From NCBI GenBank assembly GCA_024277435.1, contig JAJRVJ010000028.1, positions 97,300 to 161,299 on the forward strand: a stretch of DNA of 64,000 nucleotides, given 5' to 3'. The translations under genes and the position numbers were made by a program. The notes under the pieces were generated by a model. That model searched no databases and had not been told where the DNA came from. It saw only the letters and a list, made by a program, of their open reading frames with translations. Source of the DNA: Patescibacteria group bacterium (GTDB lineage Bacteria > Patescibacteriota > Patescibacteriia > UBA9570). Below, piece after piece: positions 42,137 through 51,615 of this stretch. Numbering within the stretch: the first letter of the stretch is position 1; each line of letters opens with the position of its first letter.

Positions 42137-42448
42137 ATGAAGATTAAAAAAGACGATACAGTAAAAGTAATGGCCGGAAAAGATGCTGGTAAAACGGGCA
42201 AGGTTGTTCAGGTGCTTCCAAAAGAGGAGATGATTGTAGTGGAGGGCGTGAACAAAATGGTTAAACACATGCGCCCACAACAGCGTGGTGAAAAAGGGCA
42301 GAAATTTGAATTCGATGGCCCTATTCATGTTTCCAAAGTGCAGTTGGTAGATCCAAAAACTGGAAAAACAACTCGCGTTGGATATAAAATTCTAGAAAAT
42401 GGCGACAAAGTTCGCATTGCTAAAAAAACTGGAGAAGAAATTGATTAA
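42137..42448 (+). CDS. rplX: 50S ribosomal protein L24
   Basis: 103 aa with KOW-like KIKKDDTVKVMAGKDAGKTGKV. Confidence 0.92.
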   Translation: MKIKKDDTVKVMAGKDAGKTGKVVQVLPKEEMIVVEGVNKMVKHMRPQQRGEKGQKFEFDGPIHVSKVQLVDPKTGKTTRVGYKILENGDKVRIAKKTGEEID

Positions 42449-42449
42449 T

Positions 42450-43007
42450 ATGAACAGATTAAAACAACAATATATTACTGATATCATTCCAAAGTTGCGG
42501 GAAGAGTTCTCAATCTCTAACGTTAATGCTGTTCCAAAGATAGAGAAAATTACCGTCAATGTAGGAGTAGGGAAGCAGCAGGAAGATAAGAAGTTTATCG
42601 AAAGTGTAGAAAATACACTCGCACGCATTACCGGACAAAAGCCAGTAAAAACGATTGCAAAGAAATCCATTTCTAACTTTAAGTTGCGTGAAGGTGTAGT
42701 TATTGGTTTGATGGTAACGCTGCGTAAAGACTTGATGTATACATTCATGGATAAATTAGTGAATATCACATTACCTCGCGTACGTGATTTTCAAGGTATT
42801 AATACGAAATCTGTTGATGCCAATGGTAACTTGAATATTGGATTTAAAGAGCACATTGTATTTCCTGAAATTTATTCTGACGAAGTTGAAAAGCTACATG
42901 GCTTAGAAGTATCTGTAACAACAAGTACTAAAGATCGTAAAGAGGGGTATCGCTTACTTGAATTAATGGGCGTACCATTTAAAAAGGACGAAAAAACTAA
43001 GAAGTAA
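42450..43007 (+). CDS. rplE: 50S ribosomal protein L5
   Basis: Start MNRLKQQY at 42450, immediately after the rplX stop. Contains the L5 core. Confidence 0.92.
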   Translation: MNRLKQQYITDIIPKLREEFSISNVNAVPKIEKITVNVGVGKQQEDKKFIESVENTLARITGQKPVKTIAKKSISNFKLREGVVIGLMVTLRKDLMYTFMDKLVNITLPRVRDFQGINTKSVDANGNLNIGFKEHIVFPEIYSDEVEKLHGLEVSVTTSTKDRKEGYRLLELMGVPFKKDEKTKK

Positions 43008-43028
43008 TCTAATTAACAACTTGCACGT

Positions 43029-43214
43029 ATGGCAAAGAAATCTCAAATCGCTAAATCTAAACGTAAGCCAAAATTCTCAACCCGAAAAGTGAATCGTTGT
43101 TGGAGATGTGGTCGTAACCGTGGCTATATGAGAGACTTTAATCTTTGTCGTATTTGTTTCCGCGAATTAGCTGAGCAGGGCGCCATTCCAGGCGTTCGCC
43201 GTGCAAGTTGGTAA
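43029..43214 (+). CDS. rpsN: 30S ribosomal protein S14 type Z (zinc-binding, 61 aa)
   Basis: C-x2-C ... C-x2-C ([23 protein letters not shown]). Confidence 0.93.
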   Translation: MAKKSQIAKSKRKPKFSTRKVNRCWRCGRNRGYMRDFNLCRICFRELAEQGAIPGVRRASW

Positions 43215-43232
43215 TTAATAAATGATATTGCA

Positions 43233-43625
43233 ATGACAGATCCAATCGCTGACATGTTAACTCGAATCCGAAACGCACAGGCTGTAAATAAAACTACAGT
43301 AGTGTTACCATACTCAAAAGCTAAACACAAATTAGCTGAACTTATTAATGCTGAAGGATATATCGAGTATGTAAAAAAACAAGAGGATGCTGGAAAGCCA
43401 GTACTAGAATTAGGATTGAAATATGATACACAAGGAAAAGCGGTTATTCATACTATCAAACGTGTAAGTACTCCTGGTCGTCGTGTATATGCTCAAAAAA
43501 AGGAATTACCGTACATCTTAAATAATTTAGGAATTGCTATTATCTCAACTTCACGTGGCTTGATGACTAATAAAAAAGCTCGCAAAGAAAATATCGGTGG
43601 CGAGGTAATTTGTGAAATCTACTAA
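43233..43625 (+). CDS. rpsH: 30S ribosomal protein S8
   Basis: MTDPIADMLTRIRNA. Confidence 0.95.
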   Translation: MTDPIADMLTRIRNAQAVNKTTVVLPYSKAKHKLAELINAEGYIEYVKKQEDAGKPVLELGLKYDTQGKAVIHTIKRVSTPGRRVYAQKKELPYILNNLGIAIISTSRGLMTNKKARKENIGGEVICEIY

Positions 43626-43634
43626 GTAACGATT

Positions 43635-44180
43635 ATGTCTAGAAAATCCAATAAACCAATTGCAATCCCAGATGGAGTTACTGTAGAAGTAAAAGATAAA
43701 ACTCTTACGGTAAAGGGTCCTAAGGGAGAACTTCAGGAAACAATTCATCCATTTGTTACTATTGAGGTAAAAGATAATGCAGTAAACTTATCAGTAAAGA
43801 ATCCTGATGTGAAAGCAGAACGATCTATGTGGGGTACATTTGGTGCGCTAGTAGCTGTAATGATAGAGGGTGTTGTGAATGGATATACCAAGCAACTTGA
43901 AATTAACGGTGTAGGTTATGGATTTGATGTATCTGGAAAAAAGCTCACTGTGAAAGCTGGTTATTCTCATCCTGTAATAGTGGAAATTCCTGATAATGTA
44001 GAAATTAAGGGAGAAAAAAATGTTATTACACTTACATCACATGATAAACAACTAGTAGGTCAGGTAGCTGCTGAAATTCGTAAAATTCGTAAGCCAGAAC
44101 CATATAAGGGTAAGGGTATTAAGTACATGGAAGAAGTGATCCAACGTAAACAAGGTAAACAAGCTGTTGGTTCAGAATAA
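43635..44180 (+). CDS. rplF: 50S ribosomal protein L6
   Basis: 181 aa. MSRKSNKPIAIPDGV. Confidence 0.93.
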   Translation: MSRKSNKPIAIPDGVTVEVKDKTLTVKGPKGELQETIHPFVTIEVKDNAVNLSVKNPDVKAERSMWGTFGALVAVMIEGVVNGYTKQLEINGVGYGFDVSGKKLTVKAGYSHPVIVEIPDNVEIKGEKNVITLTSHDKQLVGQVAAEIRKIRKPEPYKGKGIKYMEEVIQRKQGKQAVGSE

Positions 44181-44192
44181 TAGCAAACAATT

Positions 44193-44552
44193 ATGAGTAA
44201 TAAAACGATTCTTAACAAACGTAAACGATTCAAACAGCGCAAGGCACGTGTTCGCGCTAAGATTTCTGGTACTAGCACACGGCCACGTTTAGCTGTGTAT
44301 CGATCACTGAAATATATTTATGTTCAGTTAATTGATGATACTACTGGAACAACATTAGTAGCTGCTACAGATAAAAAAGATGCAGTAACAGGCACTAAAT
44401 CAGAACGTGCTAAAGCTGTGGGATTAGAAGTTGCTAAACAAGCTAAAGAAAAGGGGATTACAGAAGTGTTATTCGATCGTGGCGGTAGAGATTATCGGGG
44501 TCGTGTAAAAGCATTAGCTGAAGGAGCTCGTGAAGGTGGTTTGCAATTTTAA
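44193..44552 (+). CDS. rplR: 50S ribosomal protein L18
   Basis: 119 aa. [14 protein letters not shown]. Confidence 0.92.
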   Translation: MSNKTILNKRKRFKQRKARVRAKISGTSTRPRLAVYRSLKYIYVQLIDDTTGTTLVAATDKKDAVTGTKSERAKAVGLEVAKQAKEKGITEVLFDRGGRDYRGRVKALAEGAREGGLQF

Positions 44553-44567
44553 TAACAATATAACGAT

Positions 44568-45086
44568 ATGGGATACCAACAAGATAAAAAACAGAATAAC
44601 CGAAGACGACGCAATCGGCGCGAACGTCCAAAGGATGAGTTTGAGCAAAAAATTGTAGATCTAGCTCGTGTTACTCGTGTAATGGCTGGTGGAAAACGTA
44701 TGAATTTTCGATGTTGTGTAGTAGTAGGCGATCATAAGGGTCGTGTTGGCGTAGGATTAGCTAAAGGTAAAGACGTAGCAATTGCTGTAAATAAAGCTGT
44801 AAATAAAGCTAAAAAGAACCTAATCACTGTACCAATCGTTAATGGAACTATTCCACATGAAGTTGAAGTAAAGTATTCAAGTGCTCGCATTATGATTAAG
44901 CCAGGACGACAGGGTAGTGGTGTAATTGCTGGTGGGCCAGTACGTGCAGTACTAGAAATGGCTGGCGTACCAAATGTGGTAAGTAAAATGCGTGGTTCAC
45001 GCAATAAGGTAAATAATTGTTTTGCAGTAATGGAGGCGCTACAATCACTACGTACTAAGGAACAAATTAAAGCATCCATCCAATAA
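44568..45086 (+). CDS. rpsE: 30S ribosomal protein S5
   Basis: 172 aa. Motifs VTRVMAGGKRMNFRC, VVGDHKGRVGVGLAKGKDV. Confidence 0.93.
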   Translation: MGYQQDKKQNNRRRRNRRERPKDEFEQKIVDLARVTRVMAGGKRMNFRCCVVVGDHKGRVGVGLAKGKDVAIAVNKAVNKAKKNLITVPIVNGTIPHEVEVKYSSARIMIKPGRQGSGVIAGGPVRAVLEMAGVPNVVSKMRGSRNKVNNCFAVMEALQSLRTKEQIKASIQ

Positions 45087-45097
45087 TATTAATTACT

Positions 45098-45511
45098 ATG
45101 TTAAGTGTAAAATCTGTTAAACCAAAATCTACAGCTAAGAGTAGGAAACGAATCGGTCGTGGTAAGGGTTCCGGCACCGGTACCTATGCTGGTCGTGGCT
45201 TAAAAGGGCAACGGTCTCGCTCGGGTGGTAAAAGTGGTTTAAAGTTGAGAGGTTTAAAAGCTACGTTTAAAGGAATACCAAAGCGTAGAGGATTTACAAG
45301 CCCACACGCAAAACTTAATGTTGTTAATATTGCTCAAATTGAGTCACGTTATAAAGATAAAGGTACAGTTCACCTCGAAGGATATAAGGTACTTGGACAA
45401 GGTGAATTAACAAAGAGTGTTACCGTATATGCTGATAAATTTTCAGAAACAGCTAAAGAAAAAATTCAACAAAAAGGTGGAAAAGCAATTACATGTGGAA
45501 AGCGATCCTAA
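45098..45511 (+). CDS. rplO: 50S ribosomal protein L15. It follows S5 directly, with no L30 gene between them.
   Basis: 137 aa Gly/Arg-rich L15. Only 11 nt separate it from rpsE. Confidence 0.9.
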   Translation: MLSVKSVKPKSTAKSRKRIGRGKGSGTGTYAGRGLKGQRSRSGGKSGLKLRGLKATFKGIPKRRGFTSPHAKLNVVNIAQIESRYKDKGTVHLEGYKVLGQGELTKSVTVYADKFSETAKEKIQQKGGKAITCGKRS

Positions 45512-46767
45512 AAATTTGGAAGCATAGAGAGCTTCGTAATAAAATTCTCTATGTATTAGCAGTGCTTGTTATTTTTCGTTTTGCTGCTCACATTCCAATT
45601 CCTGGTGTAGACATTGTTAATTTACGAAACTTCTTTGGTAGCAACGCCTATCTAGGTTTATTGAATGTATTTTCAGGTGGAGCACTTGAAAATTTTTCAT
45701 TAGTAATGCTTGGTGTAGGCCCATACATTACATCGTCTATTATCTTTCAATTATTAAACATCATTGTTCCTAAACTAGAGGAAATGCAAAAGGAAAGTGA
45801 TGGTCAGCGTAAAATTCAACAGTGGACTCGATACTTAGCAGTGCCATTAGCTATGGTGCAAGGATATGCAACTATTGTATTATTACAACGCTCTGGTGGG
45901 GGATTAATTGGCGAACTTGATATCTTCCAATGGATTACAGCTATTTCACTAATTACTGCTGGTAGCACGTTTGTAATGTGGCTTGGTGAGCTTATCACTG
46001 AGAAAAATATTGGTAACGGTATTTCGTTAATGATTTTCGCGGCTATTATTGCACGCCTACCAACCTCAATTCAGCAATTTTTTGCAACGTATGATGCTTC
46101 ACAACTTCCAACTGTTCTACTATATGTAGGGTTGGCAGTAGTAATGATTTTCGGAATTGTATTTATTACAGAAGGACAGCGTAATATTCCTATTTCTTCC
46201 GCACGACAAGCGCGGGGTGGTGGAGCTGGGAAGCAAAATACCCATTTACCAATTCGTGTAAATCAGGCTGGAGTAATTCCTATTATCTTCGCTGTATCTC
46301 TTGTATTATTTCCACCAGTAATTGGTCAGTACCTTACAACAATGAGCCAAGCATGGCTGGTTGATTTTGGATACTTTATTGTTGATGCCTTTAATAATCA
46401 GATTGTGTATGGAGTGCTCTATTTCATCTTTGTATTCGCATTTACATATTTCTATACGGCAGTTATTTTCAAACCAGAACAGATTGCTGAAAATCTTCAA
46501 AATCGCGGTAACTTTATTCCTGGAATTCGTCCAGGCAAACCAACCATTGATTACTTGAGCTATGTATCGAATCACTTATTACTAGTTGGTGCAATCTTCC
46601 TTGGTGTTGTAGCAGTATCGCCTGTAGCATTACAATCTCTAGCGTCTGGTAGTGCAAATTCACTAGTTATTGGTGGTACATCACTATTAATTGTGGTATC
46701 TGTAGGTATTGAAACAGTGAAGCAAATTCAAGCGCAAATGCAATTACGTGATTACGAAAACTTTTAA
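45493..46767 (+). CDS. secY: preprotein translocase subunit SecY
   Basis: 424 aa, 10 TM, ELRNKILYVL N-terminus. Confidence 0.93.
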   Translation: MWKAILKIWKHRELRNKILYVLAVLVIFRFAAHIPIPGVDIVNLRNFFGSNAYLGLLNVFSGGALENFSLVMLGVGPYITSSIIFQLLNIIVPKLEEMQKESDGQRKIQQWTRYLAVPLAMVQGYATIVLLQRSGGGLIGELDIFQWITAISLITAGSTFVMWLGELITEKNIGNGISLMIFAAIIARLPTSIQQFFATYDASQLPTVLLYVGLAVVMIFGIVFITEGQRNIPISSARQARGGGAGKQNTHLPIRVNQAGVIPIIFAVSLVLFPPVIGQYLTTMSQAWLVDFGYFIVDAFNNQIVYGVLYFIFVFAFTYFYTAVIFKPEQIAENLQNRGNFIPGIRPGKPTIDYLSYVSNHLLLVGAIFLGVVAVSPVALQSLASGSANSLVIGGTSLLIVVSVGIETVKQIQAQMQLRDYENF

Positions 46768-46769
46768 CC

Positions 46770-47408
46770 ATGGCAGACGCTAAACGCATTTTACTATTTG
46801 GTCCACAAGGGTCGGGTAAAGGTACTCAAGGTGAAAAACTTAGTGAATGGCTCAAGCTCCCACTTATTGTAACGGGAAATATTTTTCGTCATAACATTAA
46901 AGAACAAACTGAATTAGGTGTTCTAGCAAAGGGATATATTAATAAGGGTGAACTTGTTCCTGATGCAGTAACGAATCGAATGATTGGAGAGCGCATTACT
47001 CAAGAAGATTGCGCACAAGGATTTATTCTCGATGGATTTCCGCGCAATCTTGTGCAAGCTGATGCTCTCGATACATATGTGAAGATTACTGATCTTATGC
47101 ATATTAGTATTCCAGATGATGAAGCTGTGCGCCGCATTGCTAATCGCCGCACCTGTGTAGATCAAGGTCATGTGTATCATTTAGTGTATAATCCACCAAA
47201 GCAAGAGGGGATTTGTGATGAAGATGGCTCAGCGTTAGAGCAGCGCAAAGATGATACAGAAGAATCCTTGAAAAAACGTCTAGGTATTTATCATTCAGAA
47301 ACAGAGCCAATTTTGGATCATTATCGTCCATATGGTGTTATTCATGATATCGATGGTATTGCATCAATTGAGGAAGTTTGGCAAACTGTTCAAGCATCAT
47401 TACAATAA
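46770..47408 (+). CDS. adk: adenylate kinase
   Basis: Motifs GPQGSGKGTQ, GFILDGFPRN. Confidence 0.92.
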   Translation: MADAKRILLFGPQGSGKGTQGEKLSEWLKLPLIVTGNIFRHNIKEQTELGVLAKGYINKGELVPDAVTNRMIGERITQEDCAQGFILDGFPRNLVQADALDTYVKITDLMHISIPDDEAVRRIANRRTCVDQGHVYHLVYNPPKQEGICDEDGSALEQRKDDTEESLKKRLGIYHSETEPILDHYRPYGVIHDIDGIASIEEVWQTVQASLQ

Positions 47409-47417
47409 AGGAATATT

Positions 47418-48167
47418 ATGATTACTATTAAAACACCAGCAGAGCAAGATGCTTTGCGAGCTAGTGGGAAGATTTTAGCATCCGTAGTGAATGTTCTTAT
47501 GGATATGGTGCAACCTGGTATTACTCTAAATGAGCTTGAAGCTGCTGCTAGTGATTTCATTAAGAAAACGGATGCCGTACCAGCCTTTAAGGGGTATAAG
47601 GGGTATCAAAACATTCTCTGCACATCTGTAAATGAAGAGGTAGTACATTGTCCGCCAACGGATCGTGTATTACAAGATGGTGATATTATAAGTATTGATG
47701 CTGGGGTTGTATATAATGAGCTGTATTCCGATTGTGCGGTAACTGTGCCAGTTGGAAATATCTCTACAGAGGCTGAGCAGTTGATTAAAATAACAAGAGA
47801 ATCGTTGTACGAAAAAGCGGTTCAAGAAATTCAACCCGGTAAATACACCGGTGATATTGGAGCCGCCATTCAAGAATATGTAGAGGGAGCTGGTTTTTCT
47901 ATTGTAAAAAGCTTAGTAGGACATGGCATTGGTAAGCAATTGCATGAGGAGCCATCGATTCCTAATTACGGAAGTCGGGGAAAGGGTGTACAATTAAAAC
48001 CAGGTATGGCAATTGCCATTGAGCCAATGGTAAATATTGGTGGTGAGGATGTAGTATTTGAGAGCGACGGTTGGCGTGTAGTAACAACAGATCAATCATT
48101 AAGTGCACATTTTGAACATACATTTCTCATTACAGAAACAGGAAATGAAATAATCACACAACTATGA
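47418..48167 (+). CDS. map: methionine aminopeptidase type I
   Basis: 249 aa, pita-bread fold motifs (DAGVVYNELYSDCAVT, HGIGKQLHEEP). Confidence 0.9.
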   Translation: MITIKTPAEQDALRASGKILASVVNVLMDMVQPGITLNELEAAASDFIKKTDAVPAFKGYKGYQNILCTSVNEEVVHCPPTDRVLQDGDIISIDAGVVYNELYSDCAVTVPVGNISTEAEQLIKITRESLYEKAVQEIQPGKYTGDIGAAIQEYVEGAGFSIVKSLVGHGIGKQLHEEPSIPNYGSRGKGVQLKPGMAIAIEPMVNIGGEDVVFESDGWRVVTTDQSLSAHFEHTFLITETGNEIITQL

Positions 48168-48568
48168 AATATTTAGCTTTAGATTACGGTAAAGCCCGCG
48201 TTGGATTATCGTTAGGGGATTCTGAAACAAAAATCGCACTTGGTAAAGGTGTGCTTGAAGGATTGAGCCAGAATAAACTCATTACAAAAATTAAAGCGAT
48301 TGTAGATTTCGAACACATCGATCGAATTATTATCGGCTTACCATTAAACATGGAGGGCGAGTCAACGGCAATGACTGAAGAAGTAGAACGCTTCGTTGAA
48401 AAAATGCGCAACCATCTTGAAGTTCCTGTGCAAACTGTTGATGAGCGCTTAACTTCAAAAATGGCTGACCAGTTGATAAAAGACATGCCTAAAGAGCAAC
48501 GCAAGCAGGATCAAGTAGCCGCCCAGATTATCCTGCAAAATTATTTAGATCAATTACCGGCAGAGTAA
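48164..48568 (+). CDS. ruvX: Holliday-junction-resolvase-like protein YqgF/RuvX
   Basis: 134 aa. Motifs LALDYGKARVGLSLGD ... DERLTS. Confidence 0.8.
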   Translation: MKYLALDYGKARVGLSLGDSETKIALGKGVLEGLSQNKLITKIKAIVDFEHIDRIIIGLPLNMEGESTAMTEEVERFVEKMRNHLEVPVQTVDERLTSKMADQLIKDMPKEQRKQDQVAAQIILQNYLDQLPAE

Positions 48569-49680
48569 TGGAGAATAGTATCTGGTATCTAAGTATATTC
48601 CTCGGTGCTACTCTCGTGGCATATATTAGTACCTGGCTGATGATGAAAGTAGCAATCCGATTCGGATTTGTAGATGAAGCTGCATCTGCGCCGCATCGTA
48701 AACAGCAATCCAAGGCCATGCCCTTATTAGGGGGAGTGGCTATTTTTATAACAATAACGATTTTTTTACTTTGGTTAGCCCCGAATTTAACTCAAGGCTA
48801 TTTACTACCTAAGCATTTGTGGGGGATTATACTAGCGGCTGCAGTATTAATGATTGGCGGAATTATTGATGATCGCTGGTCATTAACACCATACGTACAA
48901 ATACTATTTCCACTACTAGCAATCGCTATCGTAATTAGTTCGGGTATTGGCATTGAATATATTTCCAACCCATTTGGTGATGTATGGGGTCTGGACCAGT
49001 GGCGGTGGGATGTTTTTTTTATTAATGACATACCATATCAATTTATTATTTGGGCTGATGTATTTACCATACTGTGGTTGCTGGGCACAATGTATACCAC
49101 TAAATTGTTAGATGGATTAGATGGATTAGTTCCTGGTATTACCGTAATTGGAGGGATTATTATTTTTTTCTTAAGTCATTCACAGGATGTAGCTCAGCCA
49201 GAAACTGCTACATTGGCATTAGTGGTAGCCGCAGCAGCGCTGGGGTTTCTGATTTGGAATTTTATCCCAGCTAAAATTTACCTAGGGGAAGGTGGTTCGT
49301 TATTGAGTGGATTTTTATTAGGTGTGTTAGCAATTTTATCTGGAGGAAAAATTGCTACAGCGTTACTTATTCTTGGATTGCCAATTATTGATTTGATTTG
49401 GGTGATTATTCGTCGTTCGCTTATCGAGAAGCGCTCGCCATTTTCTGGTGATGCATTGCATCTACACTTTCAGCTCCAAAAGCTGGGCTGGAGTAAGCGT
49501 AGCGTCGTGTTGCTATTTTATGCCATCACAATAATTTTTGGTGCTAGTACATTGCTATTTACAGGTAAGGCTAAAATAATCGTATTAATAATTTTAGCCG
49601 TGGCATCATTTATTGCTATCGCATGGTTATATACATTATCACGTAAGCAGGCACTCGCTGATGAAAAATATTCTCACTAA
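48568..49680 (+). CDS. glycosyltransferase family 4 polyprenyl-phosphate sugar-1-phosphate transferase (MraY/WecA type)
   Basis: 370 aa, about 10 TM. PLLGGVAIF, DDRWSLTP, LLDGLDGL motifs. Not in a mur context, so MraY versus WecA/TagO is undecided. Confidence 0.65.
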   Translation: MENSIWYLSIFLGATLVAYISTWLMMKVAIRFGFVDEAASAPHRKQQSKAMPLLGGVAIFITITIFLLWLAPNLTQGYLLPKHLWGIILAAAVLMIGGIIDDRWSLTPYVQILFPLLAIAIVISSGIGIEYISNPFGDVWGLDQWRWDVFFINDIPYQFIIWADVFTILWLLGTMYTTKLLDGLDGLVPGITVIGGIIIFFLSHSQDVAQPETATLALVVAAAALGFLIWNFIPAKIYLGEGGSLLSGFLLGVLAILSGGKIATALLILGLPIIDLIWVIIRRSLIEKRSPFSGDALHLHFQLQKLGWSKRSVVLLFYAITIIFGASTLLFTGKAKIIVLIILAVASFIAIAWLYTLSRKQALADEKYSH

Positions 49681-50134
49681 AGTTAGTTTACTACTTGTAC
49701 TATTTCTTATCGGATGTACGCAAAGTGCAGAACCGGATAGTTTTTCTGAGGCACTCTATACCATTACCGTAGGTACTATGAATTCAAGTATTGATGTGTA
49801 TATTGCAGATGAAGATAGTGAGCGTCAGAAGGGGTTGGGAGGTATTGATGAACTACCAGAAAATACAGGAATGTATTTTATTTATAATTCCGCACGTGTA
49901 CGTGAGTATTGGATGTTGGACGTAGAATATCCAATTGATATCATTTGGTTGCATAATAATAAGGTGGTATATCTCACGAAATCAGCCCAACCTGAGGCTA
50001 ATATCACTCTTTTAGAGGATTATCAGCGCTATAGCTCGCCAGTGCCAATAAACGCTGTATTAGAGGTGCCTGAAGGCTTTATAGAGCAATATGACATCAT
50101 TGAGGGTAACGTCTTGACACTCACAGAGAAATAA
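49661..50134 (+). CDS. DUF192-like lipoprotein (signal peptide with lipobox LIGC)
   Basis: MKNILTKVSLLLVLFLIGCTQ. C-terminal EYPIDIIWLHNNKVVYL ... VLEVPEGF pattern typical of DUF192. Confidence 0.55.
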   Translation: MKNILTKVSLLLVLFLIGCTQSAEPDSFSEALYTITVGTMNSSIDVYIADEDSERQKGLGGIDELPENTGMYFIYNSARVREYWMLDVEYPIDIIWLHNNKVVYLTKSAQPEANITLLEDYQRYSSPVPINAVLEVPEGFIEQYDIIEGNVLTLTEK

Positions 50135-50198
50135 TATATCGTACACAAGCCCTGTTAAATAGTGCTAATGGGTATTAGTCAATAATAATAGTAGAATT

Positions 50199-50513
50199 AT
50201 GATTGCAATTGTAAAAACTGGTGGTAAACAGTACACCTTAAAAGAGAATGATACTGTTCGTGTAGAAAAATTAATGGGAGAAGCTGGTGATAGTATTATA
50301 TTTGAAGAAGTACTGTTACTTGCTGATGAATCCGGAAAAAAACTACAAGTTGGATCTCCAACAGTTAGTGGTGCTAAAGTAACTGGCACTGTTGTAAAGC
50401 AGGGTCGTGCTAAAAAAATCACTGTTGTGAAATATAAGAATAAAACTCGCTATAAGCGAACCCTTGGTCATCGTCAGCATTTCACTGATGTAAAGATCGA
50501 TAAGATCGGATAA
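50199..50513 (+). CDS. rplU: 50S ribosomal protein L21
   Basis: MIAIVKTGGKQY. 104 aa. Not followed by rpmA. Confidence 0.9.
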   Translation: MIAIVKTGGKQYTLKENDTVRVEKLMGEAGDSIIFEEVLLLADESGKKLQVGSPTVSGAKVTGTVVKQGRAKKITVVKYKNKTRYKRTLGHRQHFTDVKIDKIG

Positions 50514-50544
50514 TCGTTCTGCAAAAGGAATAATCGCAATAGCA

Positions 50545-50575
50545 AATAACCCTACGTATAAAACGTAGGGTTATT
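50545..50575 (+). terminator. intrinsic terminator aataaccctacgt-ataaa-acgtagggttatt
   Basis: 13-bp perfect stem after the rplU stop. Confidence 0.65.
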
Positions 50576-50632
50576 GATTTAGATTAACTCCCATGATTTA
50601 TTCATGTGGGTTAATAGCATGATGGCTCCTGA

Positions 50633-50662
50633 AAACCTCAAGTATAAAACCGAGGGTTTTTT
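50633..50662. terminator. hairpin aaaacctc-N12-gagggtttt followed by T-run; bidirectional terminator between the convergent rplU and recR
   Basis: 8-bp stem followed by TTTTTTAT, abutting the recR stop codon. Confidence 0.55.
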
Positions 50663-51260
50663 ATATATCCTTACGATCTTTCAGGGCGTTACTAAGCGTA
50701 ATATCATCGGCGTATTGAATATCAGCACCAGCTGGTAAGCCCTGGGCTAGCCGGGTAACTTGCACATTCATATCTTTCAACGCTTCAATTACGTACATGG
50801 CTGTAGCATTTCCACCAACGTTGGGATTGGTAGCGATGATAATTTCTTGCGCGCCATCATTATGTACACGTTCAACTAATTCTGTAATGCGTAATTGATT
50901 TGGGCCAATGCCATCTAATTGATTAATCACGCCACCAAGTACATGGTATACGCCATGATAGTCACCAGTTTGTTCAATGGCGTGCAGATTAGTGCTATCA
51001 GAAACTACACAAATTGTTGAAATATCTCGTTGGCTATCTCTGCATACATCACATATGGTGTTCACAGTGATATTAAAACAGCGTTCACAATCGTGAATGT
51101 CTTGTTGTACTCCATGAAGTCCTTGAACTATTTTTTCTACCACAGCGGGTGGTTGGCGTAACAAATGAAAAACGTAGCGTTCAGCAGTTTTTCTGCCAAC
51201 ACCTGGCAGGGTAGTGAGCGCGTGAATCAGTCGCTCGATCGATTCGGGATAGAGCGCCAT
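50661..51260 (-). CDS. recR: recombination protein RecR
   Basis: 199 aa. HhH N-terminus LPGVGRKTAERY, C4 zinc finger CERCFNITVNTICDVC, Toprim. Confidence 0.92.
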   Translation of the reverse strand: MALYPESIERLIHALTTLPGVGRKTAERYVFHLLRQPPAVVEKIVQGLHGVQQDIHDCERCFNITVNTICDVCRDSQRDISTICVVSDSTNLHAIEQTGDYHGVYHVLGGVINQLDGIGPNQLRITELVERVHNDGAQEIIIATNPNVGGNATAMYVIEALKDMNVQVTRLAQGLPAGADIQYADDITLSNALKDRKDI

Positions 51261-51266
51261 CTGTTA

Positions 51267-51584
51267 CTATTGTTTTAATCCAGAAATGTCTGGCATTTTC
51301 ATTTCACCAGACTGAATTTTCTTAGCCATTTCACGTTGTAGTTTTTTGGAGGCTGATTCCATCGCTTCAATAATACCTTTTTGAATTGTTTCTTTATGTT
51401 CTGGAGCAAGTAGTGCATCTTCAATATCAAGAGAGAGAATTTTTTGATTTCCATCCATTACAACATTTACTTGCTTCTTAGCGCCTTCACCATGAACCGT
51501 TACAGTAGATAGTACACTTTGTACATTCTTGGCTTCTGATCGGAGGTCTTTATATGATTTTAACTTGGATAACATTGAACTCAT
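51267..51584 (-). CDS. ybaB: nucleoid-associated protein YbaB/EbfC
   Basis: 105 aa. Conserved position upstream of recR. Confidence 0.85.
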   Translation of the reverse strand: MSSMLSKLKSYKDLRSEAKNVQSVLSTVTVHGEGAKKQVNVVMDGNQKILSLDIEDALLAPEHKETIQKGIIEAMESASKKLQREMAKKIQSGEMKMPDISGLKQ

Positions 51585-51615
51585 AGGTCTATATAATAAT
51601 TATTAATAAATGGTG

